DNA of 64,000 nt from an uncultured delta proteobacterium (GCA_963753975.1 CAVWEH010000004.1:128001-192000); one strand, 5' to 3'; shown: positions 22,775-31,421, counted from the stretch's first letter. Translations and numbers: made by a program. The notes: generated by a model from the sequence alone, not told the origin.

Positions 22775-23793
22775 TTATCATCTTCCTGCTCTTTAGCCAC
22801 GATACCCAGCTTGGCTCGTACATCATTTTCCACTGCCGTCATAATATCCGGATTATCTTTTAAAAAGATACGGGAATTATCCCGGCCCTGCCCTATTCTA
22901 TCTCCCTTGTATGAATACCAGGCGCCGCTTTTCTCAATGATACCATTGTCGGCCGCCAGATCCAGCACATCGCCTTCGCGCGATATACCTTCGCCGAAGA
23001 TGATATCAAATTCCGCTTCTCGGAAAGGTGGGGCCAGCTTATTTTTTACAACTTTAACCTTGGTTCTGAACCCGATGACGTCCTGACCGTTCTTTATAGA
23101 AGTCATTTTTCTAATATCGAGCCGCTGCGAAGAGTAAAATTTTAAAGCATTGCCGCCTGTTGTTGTTTCCGGATTGCCGAAGAAAACGCCGATCTTCATG
23201 CGTAACTGATTAATAAAGATAACTGTGGTCTTGGATTTACTGATACTGCCGGTAAGCTTGCGTAGCGCCTGCGACATAAGCCTTGCCTGCAATCCCATTT
23301 GCGCGTCGCCCATTTCACCTTCCAATTCGGCCTTGGGAACGAGTGCCGCCACGGAGTCAATTACCAAAACATCCAAAGCACCGCTACGCACAAGAGTCTC
23401 CGCAATTTCCAATGCCTGCTCACCCGTGTCCGGTTGCGATATAAGGAGATCATCCGTGTTGACGCCAATTTTTTTGGCATAGGTCACATCCAAAGCGTGT
23501 TCGGCATCAATGTAAGCGGCAAGTCCATTTTTCTTTTGCGCCTCAGCGACAATGTGCAGCGCCAGTGTGGTCTTTCCGCCTGATTCCGGCCCGTAGATTT
23601 CAATAACCCTTCCACGCGGGACGCCAAACGTCCCTAAAGCAATATCCAGGCTAAGCGAACCTGTGGATATTGCCGGAACATCGGCAACCCGCTCCGAGCC
23701 ACCCAGTTTCATAATCGATCCCTTGCCAAATTGCCTTTCTATCTGAGTGATCGCCAAATCAACAGCTTTTGATCTGTCTAAATCTGCGCACAT
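22771..23793 (-). CDS. recA: recombinase A
   Basis: [47 protein letters not shown] 9 nt before the ATG at 23793. Confidence 0.98.
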   Translation of the reverse strand: MCADLDRSKAVDLAITQIERQFGKGSIMKLGGSERVADVPAISTGSLSLDIALGTFGVPRGRVIEIYGPESGGKTTLALHIVAEAQKKNGLAAYIDAEHALDVTYAKKIGVNTDDLLISQPDTGEQALEIAETLVRSGALDVLVIDSVAALVPKAELEGEMGDAQMGLQARLMSQALRKLTGSISKSKTTVIFINQLRMKIGVFFGNPETTTGGNALKFYSSQRLDIRKMTSIKNGQDVIGFRTKVKVVKNKLAPPFREAEFDIIFGEGISREGDVLDLAADNGIIEKSGAWYSYKGDRIGQGRDNSRIFLKDNPDIMTAVENDVRAKLGIVAKEQEDDK

Positions 23794-23859
23794 AGTATCA
23801 TGACCTCCATTAATTTTATTGTTTGTAGTTTTTTTAGTTTTCATTGCTATCCTTAATTT

Positions 23860-24442
23860 TTAACCGGAAAAAGAAAACTTTTCCAGCTTTGTATAAATTG
23901 CTCCCTGTCTTGCCAGTTTACTTTCAAATAAAATTATTTCCGAACAGCTAAATTCACCCGCGATGAAATCGTTATACTTATTCAGAGCCTCGCTGATTTC
24001 CCACTAATTCCGGCGGGATTTTAATCCGGCCCAAGGTCAAATGAGCGCGGAATGGCCGGTTTTCCCGCGGAAAACCAATTCCTTCAAAATCCATATCTGA
24101 TGTAGTCTGCAATGCGGTCAATTTTTCCGTATCACCCGCCGTTCCCAGCCAGAGAACACGCGGCCTTCGGGCACCGGGGAAAACACCTAGCTTTTCTATA
24201 GTCAAAGACAGAGTCGGCACCGAAGCTACTTGCTTTTTCATTATAGCGCAAATATTTTTTACATCGTCTTGATCAATGTAGCCGAAAAATTTTAATGTAA
24301 TATGATTGCCTTGCGGTCTTGTCCAACTTATCTTTCCTTTTATTTCTTTTTTTAAATTCTCCTGCAGGCGGGAAACAGCCTCGAGGACATCATCTCCCGG
24401 CTCAATTGCTAAAAAAGCCCGTATCTTCTTTTCTTTTTCCAT
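23860..24442 (-). CDS. thpR: RNA 2',3'-cyclic phosphodiesterase, +1 frameshift near 23998
   Basis: RAFLAI, two HxT motifs (HITL, HLTL), GVFP..RRPRVLW; tail FESKL...GAIYT in another frame. Confidence 0.85.
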
Positions 24443-24448
24443 TTGCCA

Positions 24449-25700
24449 TTAACCTTTTCTCTGTAAATAATCTTTGATCATCATCAAAGCCGCTTCTGAG
24501 AAAACATGTTTGTTTCTTTTACGATCCCAGCGAAAAGTGTAATGGCGGCAAATAGTCTGCTTGGAGTCGGCCAGCGCCAGATAAACAGTGCCTACGGGCT
24601 TATCAATGCTCCCGCCTGTTGGACCGGCAATGCCGGTGGAGGAAAGGCCCAAATCAGTGCCGGCAACTCTGCGGATTCCTTCCGCCATCGACCGCGCAGT
24701 CTCTTCGCTTACTGCTCCATACTTTTCAATTACGCCCGCCGGAATGCCGAGCAAATTCACCTTGGCGGCATTGCTGTAAGCCACGACCGCCCGTTCGAAA
24801 AAAGCCGAACTTCCCGCCACATCGGTTAATCGATTAGATATCAGTCCACCGGTGCACGACTCCGCCACAGCCAAGGTCATTTTCTTCTCGATCAACAGAG
24901 CGGCGACAATTTCTTCGAGAGTTTCCTCGCCGTAATGAAATATATATTTTTTAAGCCGCTTGGTTATTTCATCTCTGCGCTATCTTTAATTTATCCTGGG
25001 CCTCTTTAAGAGATTTCCGGCGCGATATCAAAACAAGATGATTTTCAGGGAAAACAGGATAAAAACCAACGCTCACCTCCAAAGAATTAAAATCGATGTC
25101 TTTCAGAGCGTCGTCAACAGCCGCTTCGGAAAGCCCGAAAGTCTTGATGGTTTGTTTGGCAAAATGCCGTTCGTCTTGCGGGAAATATCTGCGCAAAACA
25201 GGAATAACGCCTTCCGGCAACATCCTTCTCATCTCCGCGGGAACTCCGGGAATAACAAAAATAATTTTTCCTTCTGCCGTTCTAAGAGCAAAACCGGCTG
25301 CCGTTCCTATCGGATTGGCAATAATTTCTGCACCGAGAGGGAACATGGCCTGCTTAGCGTTATTTTCTACCCAGCGTAAATTGTATTTGGCAAACCTTTC
25401 TTTGATGCCGCGCAAAACGGTTTCATCAGTGTATAACGGCAAGTCGAAAGCCTGAGCGATAGCGGCAGTTGTTATATCGTCGGCAGTCGGTCCCAGACCT
25501 CCTGTGCAAATTACGGCATCCGTCATCGGCAACAAATAATTTAAACGGTTTTTAATCGCTTCAAAATCATCGCCCACCGACATTATAGCTTCGACGTGCC
25601 AGCCCTGCTGATTCACTTCGCGCGCGATAAACGAAGAATTGGTATCAACAGTGCGGCCGTTCATCAATTCGTTGCCTATGGTTAAGATGCCGATTTTCAT
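24449..25700 (-). CDS. cinA: competence/damage-inducible protein CinA (MoCF + PncC domains), +1 frameshift near 24974
   Basis: IGNEL..G..VDTN, GGLGPTADD, PGVP.EM; then AESCTGG, GAVSEETA, TGIAGP.GG. Confidence 0.9.
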
Positions 25701-26152
25701 ATCACTCCAAAAAATACCAGTAACCACATCAATAGCCCTGCATAAATCCCGGCGGCAACATCGTCCAGAACAATGCCCAAACCGCCGGCTATTTTTTGCA
25801 GATCGCGGATGGGGAAAGGCTTTAAAATATCAAAAATCCGAAAAAGAATGAACCCGACCAGAAGATGCAACCCCGTTATGGTCACAGGCAGCATCGCCAC
25901 TTGAAAACCGGCAATTTCGTCAATCACAATGCGTTGATCATCTTTTGTCTGATAAATTTTTTCTGCAAGTCCGGCAACATAAACGGCAAGACCCGTGAGG
26001 GCGATCACAATCAAAAGCCGCAATAACCAGGGCAAATATCCGCAAATAAAGCAAATCCCGACGCCAATCAATGTGCCTGCGGTTCCGGGAGCGACAGGAG
26101 AGAGCCCGGAAGCAAAACCCGTGGCCAAGAACTTTATCAACTTTTCACTCAT
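25697..26152 (-). CDS. pgpA: phosphatidylglycerophosphatase A
   Basis: APGTAGT, IVIDE, FRIFDILKPFPI, GIVLDDVAAG. Confidence 0.92.
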   Translation of the reverse strand: MSEKLIKFLATGFASGLSPVAPGTAGTLIGVGICFICGYLPWLLRLLIVIALTGLAVYVAGLAEKIYQTKDDQRIVIDEIAGFQVAMLPVTITGLHLLVGFILFRIFDILKPFPIRDLQKIAGGLGIVLDDVAAGIYAGLLMWLLVFFGVI

Positions 26153-26317
26153 TGCCTCTCCAGTTATCCTGATAAACTGAAATATCTTCTATTATCAATT
26201 AGTTAAGTTGGTGCAGGCTATCTTTTTTTTAAAGTTGTGTCAATTGTTTTTATAAATTCTTTCCCTAAAACTCCCCGCACCTGAACTCTCTTTTATTTTT
26301 CCCTCAACAGAAAACTC

Positions 26318-26346
26318 TTGACAATAGAACAATCGTTCTATACCAT
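26318..26346 (+). promoter_or_regulatory. sigma70 promoter with palindromic SOS-box-like operator in the spacer
   Basis: TTGACA (26318-23), 17 nt, TACCAT (26341-46); spacer contains TAGAAC-AATC-GTTCTA (26325-26340). Confidence 0.8.
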
Positions 26347-26353
26347 ACCTTCC

Positions 26354-26941
26354 ATGAAAGTCAAGCGAACTTTACCGGATGTGGAGAAAAAATTTTCCGC
26401 CTTTTTCCGCGCCAACCGGCGTATGCCGACATACTCAGAAGCGGCTGAAATCATTGACGTGCATTCCAAAAGCGTCGTCCACTTCTGGGTAAAAAAGATG
26501 CTGGCCTCCAGGTTTCTGCAAAAGGACGCCAAAGGTTTTTTATCACCGGCGCGCTTATCGCTGGGCTTGCCTCTGGCCGGAGAAGTTTGCGCTGGTTTTC
26601 CTTCACCGGCGGAAGAGGAATTGCGCGACGTCATTTCCTTTGACGAATATCTTGTTGCGCATCCGGAAACATCGTTTCTGCTTTCCGTCACCGGCGATTC
26701 CATGATCGGCGAAGGCATCAGAGAAAAAGATTTAGTAATTGTAGAAAGAGGCCGGGAGCCGAAAAACGGCGATATCATTCTGGCCGAAGTGGACGGAAAC
26801 TGGACTATGAAGTATTTTCGCAAAAAAGGAAAGACGGTAACGCTAGAGGCGGCCAATCCCAAATATCCCCCGATCGTACCGGAGAAGGAATTGCGCATTG
26901 CCGGCGTCATTACGGCGGTGGTTCGGAAATATCACAAGTAA
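26354..26941 (+). CDS. LexA/UmuD-family S24 autopeptidase regulator with N-terminal HTH
   Basis: HTH-like RMPTYSE...SKSVVH; cleavage site CAG-FPSPA; catalytic GDSM and TMKY. The track's TTG start is the -35 box, so the ATG at 26354 is preferred. Confidence 0.88.
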   Translation: MKVKRTLPDVEKKFSAFFRANRRMPTYSEAAEIIDVHSKSVVHFWVKKMLASRFLQKDAKGFLSPARLSLGLPLAGEVCAGFPSPAEEELRDVISFDEYLVAHPETSFLLSVTGDSMIGEGIREKDLVIVERGREPKNGDIILAEVDGNWTMKYFRKKGKTVTLEAANPKYPPIVPEKELRIAGVITAVVRKYHK

Positions 26942-27068
26942 TTATTGCGGCGGCGCGCATCTGTAAAACATATTGACACAAGGCGGCGACAATGATTTTA
27001 TCATTTCAATTCTTCTATTGTTTTCAGATCCGGTTTTACATGCATAAAAATGTTTGGGGAACTCGGAA

Positions 27069-27218
27069 ATGATGCACAATTCGGAAAACCAACCACCTTT
27101 GACCCACCATTCATTTGCCACTCACCTTCTTAAAGATGAGGATACACACGAAAACGTCTTATACAGAAAGAAACCGTCTGTGTTTACAGAATTATACAGA
27201 CTGTGTAAACATTGTTAA
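27069..27218 (+). pseudogene. eroded tyrosine recombinase (integron integrase-like) C-terminal remnant
   Basis: 49-codon ORF MMHNSENQPPLTHHSFATHLLKDEDTH...; HSFATHLL (27108-27131) is the box II motif of XerC/D/IntI recombinases. Confidence 0.6.
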
Positions 27219-27220
27219 GC
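27159..27220 (+). other. attI-like integron recombination site
   Basis: TAAACATT-GTTAAGC core (G at 27214), direct repeats TTATACAGA (27159-67, 27192-200), inverted pair TGTTTACA/TGTAAACA; directly precedes cassette 1. Confidence 0.6.
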
Positions 27221-27223
27221 CAT

Positions 27224-27853
27224 ATGGATAAATTTAATTTTCAAAATCTGAGACAATTTGATCTCACTTTTCCTAGCCATTGGTTAGAAGGTGAAGACAG
27301 AGATCAAGCATTTCAAATATCCCACACATTAAGTATGATTCGCAGTTTATTCACCGAAGCTGTTGCTTCCTACGCTTTATTTCAACCACTTACGGCTGAG
27401 AATATTGACGACCATATAGAAAAATGGACAAATAATGATGAAACACCATATGAACGTTGTTTAAATGGTATTTATGCTAAAGCTTTTGTATTCGCTTTAG
27501 ACGGCATTGAGAAACTATTCAATCACCTAGTCACAAGTTATAGCTCACCAGAAAAAGTTAAGCATTTGCACGAGGAATACAGAAGACTATTCGGTCATCT
27601 TAAGCACATCCGCGATTCAGCCATACATATTGAAGATCGTGGCCGGGGGAAAACGCGAAAGCAGAAACCACTTGATACACATATCGTACTTTTGGGTTGC
27701 TTTATTGAAAAGCGTTACACTTTTACTGGTGAAGATGGAAGACAATATGAAGTTGAGATTTCTGAGTCTACATTAAACAAAGCAAAAGCAATTCTCCAAG
27801 AGGCCATTAATTCATATTCATGGATCGAAGTAGGGAAAATAAATTTGGTTTAA
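27224..27853 (+). CDS. cassette 1: hypothetical protein with HEPN-like Rx4H motif
   Basis: ORF fills the cassette and its stop lies in the attC R'' box; LKHIRDSAIHIEDR. Confidence 0.75.
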   Translation: MDKFNFQNLRQFDLTFPSHWLEGEDRDQAFQISHTLSMIRSLFTEAVASYALFQPLTAENIDDHIEKWTNNDETPYERCLNGIYAKAFVFALDGIEKLFNHLVTSYSSPEKVKHLHEEYRRLFGHLKHIRDSAIHIEDRGRGKTRKQKPLDTHIVLLGCFIEKRYTFTGEDGRQYEVEISESTLNKAKAILQEAINSYSWIEVGKINLV

Positions 27854-27902
27854 CCAGGCAATCCAGCCGATCGCTACGCTCCGGCTGATTTTTTCGTTAT
27901 GT
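27848..27902 (+). repeat. attC site 1 (55 bp)
   Basis: GTTTAAC...AATCCAGCCG...CGGCTGATT...GTTATGT. Confidence 0.88.
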
Positions 27903-27915
27903 GTCAGGAGGATAA

Positions 27916-28548
27916 ATGCAAAGGAAAACTTTCTGGAAGGCAATTTCCCTTTTTGAATCGGGGCTCTCAGCAGCCGAGTGGGCTTGGAGAATTATAGTCG
28001 TTATATTCATTGGCACTAGCGGAACAGTAACCGCATTTGTGGCTAAAGCAGACCCTGTACTCAAAGCACTTGGTCCTATCTATTGGATTGGTGCAGGAGT
28101 AATTATGGCGCTGGTAATTTCTGTTGTTCTGTTCCTCATAAAGTCCTCACAACTCAAACAGAGCGAAGCGGATCTTAATCGAGCACTGGCTATTCCGCGA
28201 AGCACGGTTAACCCGCTATTGAATAGCTTTACTGATTCAATAATACCCGTCGAAGACTTGAGATTACCGAGGACTCAATTGCACGAAAATAAGCATTTCT
28301 TGAGATGTAAGTTCGTTGGCCCTGCCGCCATCGCAATTTTAGGAGGCACCTATGTTCGCAGTGGCTTCCTTGATAGCGGTGATGTCATAGCACTTCCAGA
28401 TAATGTCGCTCTCTCGGGTATCGTTGTACTCAAGAACTGCACGGTTGAAGATTGCGAGTTCATACGAACAACGATTCTTGTAGATCAAGTTACCGCAAAA
28501 GGTATTGCGACTGTTCCAGGTGCGCAAGTCAAGGGAATGCGCACATAA
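27916..28548 (+). CDS. cassette 2: hypothetical protein, two N-terminal TM helices and a beta-rich C-terminal domain
   Basis: SD AGGAGG, hydrophobic segments, stop in attC R'' box. Confidence 0.78.
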   Translation: MQRKTFWKAISLFESGLSAAEWAWRIIVVIFIGTSGTVTAFVAKADPVLKALGPIYWIGAGVIMALVISVVLFLIKSSQLKQSEADLNRALAIPRSTVNPLLNSFTDSIIPVEDLRLPRTQLHENKHFLRCKFVGPAAIAILGGTYVRSGFLDSGDVIALPDNVALSGIVVLKNCTVEDCEFIRTTILVDQVTAKGIATVPGAQVKGMRT

Positions 28549-28596
28549 CCAGTCAATACAGCCGATCGTTTACTCCGGCTGATTTCTTCGTTGGAC
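28543..28596 (+). repeat. attC site 2 (54 bp)
   Basis: ACATAAC...AATACAGCCG...CGGCTGATT...GTTGGAC. Confidence 0.9.
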
Positions 28597-28608
28597 GAAA
28601 GGAAATAT

Positions 28609-29202
28609 ATGAAAAGACAATGGCTTTATTTTGTAATAGTAGTCGTTTTAGCTATTACTCCGGCACTTAGTATTGCTGCTGACTCCATTCTGGGTGAATG
28701 GATTTCTGTGGAAAGGTCAAAGGGAGGTTTAGGCGCGGCAAAGAATTATAATAAAGACGGGACTGTTCAAGCCACTTTTGGTGCGCTCGTAGATTTCAAG
28801 TACAAGGTCACCGGCAAAAAAATTACTCTTTCATTTCCTGAGGCAGATGACATTGTACAGAAGTTTGAAATCAAAGATTCCAAACTTGTACTGACAGACG
28901 CGACGGGCAACAAACAGGAATTAACGCGCATTTCAGACGATGCAATAACAGGACTACTCGGAAAATGGACGGGTGTTCACTACACCGGGGCAAAACAAAT
29001 TCTTCACTTTACTGCAGCCCACAACTGTTATTTAGCAGTTCCCATGATCTCAGCAGACGGTACGTATATCATAATGGGGGATATACTGACCGAGTCATAT
29101 AAAGATAAAGGCTCACAAAATTACAAATGGACAATTCGAGACAATGTCCTAATCCTTACAGACGGCCAAGGCAAGACTGAAAAATACATGAGAAAAAAAT
29201 GA
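28609..29202 (+). CDS. cassette 3: exported protein with two lipocalin-like (LG.W) repeats
   Basis: Signal peptide MKRQWLYFVIVVVLAITPALSIA; ILGEW and LLGKW repeats. Confidence 0.75.
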   Translation: MKRQWLYFVIVVVLAITPALSIAADSILGEWISVERSKGGLGAAKNYNKDGTVQATFGALVDFKYKVTGKKITLSFPEADDIVQKFEIKDSKLVLTDATGNKQELTRISDDAITGLLGKWTGVHYTGAKQILHFTAAHNCYLAVPMISADGTYIIMGDILTESYKDKGSQNYKWTIRDNVLILTDGQGKTEKYMRKK

Positions 29203-29204
29203 CC

Positions 29205-29259
29205 GTCCAACAATGGCAATACAGCCGATCGTTTACTCCGGCTGATTTTTTCGTTAGGC
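29205..29259 (+). repeat. attC site 3 (55 bp)
   Basis: GTCCAAC...AATACAGCCG...CGGCTGATT...GTTAGGC. Confidence 0.9.
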
Positions 29260-29300
29260 AGTGACCGAATCTATTCACACCCGAAAGGAGATTTTCCACG

Positions 29301-30062
29301 ATGGACATTCCACGGATCTTCAACATCACTGAAAGTGCTCACCGCATCCATGACCCATTCACACCCGAAAAGCTCGCCACTCTCGGCGCGGCGCTGCGTC
29401 TGGAAACGGGAACCCGAGTGCTCGACCTCGGCAGCGGTTCGGGGGAGATGCTGTGCACCTGGGCACGCGATTACGGAGTCATCGGCACCGGCATCGACAT
29501 GAGCCAGTTGTTCACCGAGCAAGCGAAACTCCGCGCTGAAGAACTCGGCGTCGCCGATCAAGTCAAGTTCATCCATGGCGATGCTGCCGGCTACGTCTCT
29601 GACGACAAGGCCGGTGTGGCAGCCTGTCTCGGTGCCACGTGGATCGCTGGGGGAGTCGCCGGCACCATCGAGCTTCTGGCGCAGAGCCTCCGCCCCGGAG
29701 GGATCATCCTCATCGGCGAGCCCTACTGGCGGCAGTTACCGCCGACGGAAGATGTTGCCAGGGGGTGTCTTGCCGGCTCAATCTCCGACTTTCTCCTGCT
29801 TCCGGAACTTCTCGCGTCTTTCGGCCACCTCGGCTACGACGTCGTGGAAATGGTTTTGGCAGACCAAGACAGCTGGGACAGATACGAGGCGGCCAAGTGG
29901 CTCACCATGCGCCGATGGCTTGAAGCCAATCCCGACGACGAGTTCGCGAAAGATGTTCGAGCCAAACTAACCTCGGAACCCGAGCGCTACGCCGCTTACA
30001 CGCGTGAATACCTGGGCTGGGGCGTGTTCGCGCTGATGCCTTTAAAGACCATCGGTTATTGA
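29301..30062 (+). CDS. cassette 4: class I SAM-dependent methyltransferase (YjhP-like), GC-rich, no closing attC
   Basis: VLDLGSGSGE motif I, GIDMS, IGEPYW; N-terminus MDIPRIFNITESAHRIH resembles the E. coli YjhP family (from recall). Confidence 0.85.
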   Translation: MDIPRIFNITESAHRIHDPFTPEKLATLGAALRLETGTRVLDLGSGSGEMLCTWARDYGVIGTGIDMSQLFTEQAKLRAEELGVADQVKFIHGDAAGYVSDDKAGVAACLGATWIAGGVAGTIELLAQSLRPGGIILIGEPYWRQLPPTEDVARGCLAGSISDFLLLPELLASFGHLGYDVVEMVLADQDSWDRYEAAKWLTMRRWLEANPDDEFAKDVRAKLTSEPERYAAYTREYLGWGVFALMPLKTIGY

Positions 30063-30107
30063 AATTTTTCGGGCTTTTCAGCTTTTTCTTGCTTTAAAAG
30101 AAGTTTT

Positions 30108-31421
30108 ATGGCTCAACAACTCTTCAGTCTCCATTCCTGGCCGCGCGCTATTGTCCACGTCGACGGCGACGCTTTCTTTACTTCCTGTGAAGAAGTGATT
30201 CATCCGGAACTCAAAGGCAAACCGCTCATCACCGGCGGCGAACGGGGCATTGTGGCCTGCGCCAGTTATGCGGCCAAAAAAATGGGTATCAAACGCGCCG
30301 TGCCTCTCAACGAAGCACGCAAAATCTGCCCGGGCCTGATCATCCTTCCTTCCGATTATGAGACTTACAGCCTGTTTTCACGGCGGATGTTCGACATTAT
30401 GCGCCGCTTCACGCCCGACGTCGAGGAATGCTCGGTGGACGAGGCTTTCGCCGATATCACCGGTATGCGCCGCGCCCTGCACTCCTCCTATGAAGAAATT
30501 GCAGCCATGATGAAAAAAGAAATTGAAAGAGATCTCGGCATCACCGTTTCCGTGGGTGTAAGCATTACCAAGGTGCTCGCCAAGGTTGCCTCTAAATACC
30601 AGAAGCCCTCGGGAATGACGGTCATCAGCGGCAGGGAGATTCCCTCCTACCTTCACGATTTGCCGGTGGAAAAAATCTGGGGGATCGGCCCTGCCACTAC
30701 CAATTATCTCGCCAAGATGGGCATTCGCACCGCGCTTGCTTTCGCCCAACTTCCCGAAAAAATTGTCCTAAAAAAATTCACCAAACCGGGAGTGGAAATC
30801 TGGCAGGAGCTGCGCGGCGAATCCGTTTATGCGGTGACTACCGAAGAAAAAAGTTCCTACGCGTCCATCAGCAAAACCAAGACATTTTCTCCGGCAACGT
30901 CCGATGCCGAATACCTTTTCGCGCAACTGATGCGCAATATGGAATCGGCCTGCATCAAAGCCAGGCGTTATTCTCTCGCGCCGCAAAAAATAATAGTGTT
31001 TCTGAAGAAGAATGATTTCGCTACGACCGACAGTGAAGCGGCCCTTTCTCATCCTTGTGCTTGTCCGCTGGAGTTTACCCACGTCATCCGTGAGCTTTTT
31101 TCGGACTGCTATAATCCACAGGAGCTCTACCGTTCTACCGGTGTCATTCTGCTCGATCTCGCGCCGGACAACAACACTCAGTACACTCTTTTTGACGATC
31201 CCGTGCACGCCGAAAAGATCAAAGATGTTTACGCCGTTGCCGACGAGCTGGGAAAAAAGTTCGGTAAACACGCTCTGCATCTGGGCAGTTCTCACCTGAT
31301 TGAAAAACTCGGCAAAGGACGCCGGGGCTCACCCACCGTACGGGAGCGGACAATTCTCAAAGGCGAGACAAAGCGCCGCCATTTAGGGTTGCCTCTTATC
31401 CATGTAAAAACAGAAGATTAA
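30108..31421 (+). CDS. Y-family DNA polymerase (DinB/UmuC-like)
   Basis: VHVDGDAFF, ASYAAK, SVDEAF, LAKVAS..QKP.G, IWGIG. Confidence 0.92.
   Translation: MAQQLFSLHSWPRAIVHVDGDAFFTSCEEVIHPELKGKPLITGGERGIVACASYAAKKMGIKRAVPLNEARKICPGLIILPSDYETYSLFSRRMFDIMRRFTPDVEECSVDEAFADITGMRRALHSSYEEIAAMMKKEIERDLGITVSVGVSITKVLAKVASKYQKPSGMTVISGREIPSYLHDLPVEKIWGIGPATTNYLAKMGIRTALAFAQLPEKIVLKKFTKPGVEIWQELRGESVYAVTTEEKSSYASISKTKTFSPATSDAEYLFAQLMRNMESACIKARRYSLAPQKIIVFLKKNDFATTDSEAALSHPCACPLEFTHVIRELFSDCYNPQELYRSTGVILLDLAPDNNTQYTLFDDPVHAEKIKDVYAVADELGKKFGKHALHLGSSHLIEKLGKGRRGSPTVRERTILKGETKRRHLGLPLIHVKTED

Larger units (their letters stand above)
27214..30062 (+). mobile_element. integron gene-cassette array (4 cassettes, no intact integrase in window; CALIN-like)
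   Basis: Co-oriented single ORFs separated by three related attC sites. The first 7 nt of each complete cassette complement its own R'' box: GTTATGT/ACATAAC, GTTGGAC/GTCCAAC, GTTAAGC/GTTTAAC (1 mismatch). Confidence 0.9.

Noticed and set aside
23794..23990. SOS box upstream of recA
   Set aside because: No GAAC-N4-GTTC match found by eye; most of the region is the thpR 3' end
26318..26353. TTG start giving a 207-aa regulator
   Set aside because: The TTG is the -35 hexamer; the extension would encode the promoter and operator
27848..29259. Three near-identical repeats as a CRISPR array
   Set aside because: Spacing is 660-700 bp with whole ORFs between repeats, no cas genes, and the RYYYAAC/GTTRRRY-type ends identify attC sites
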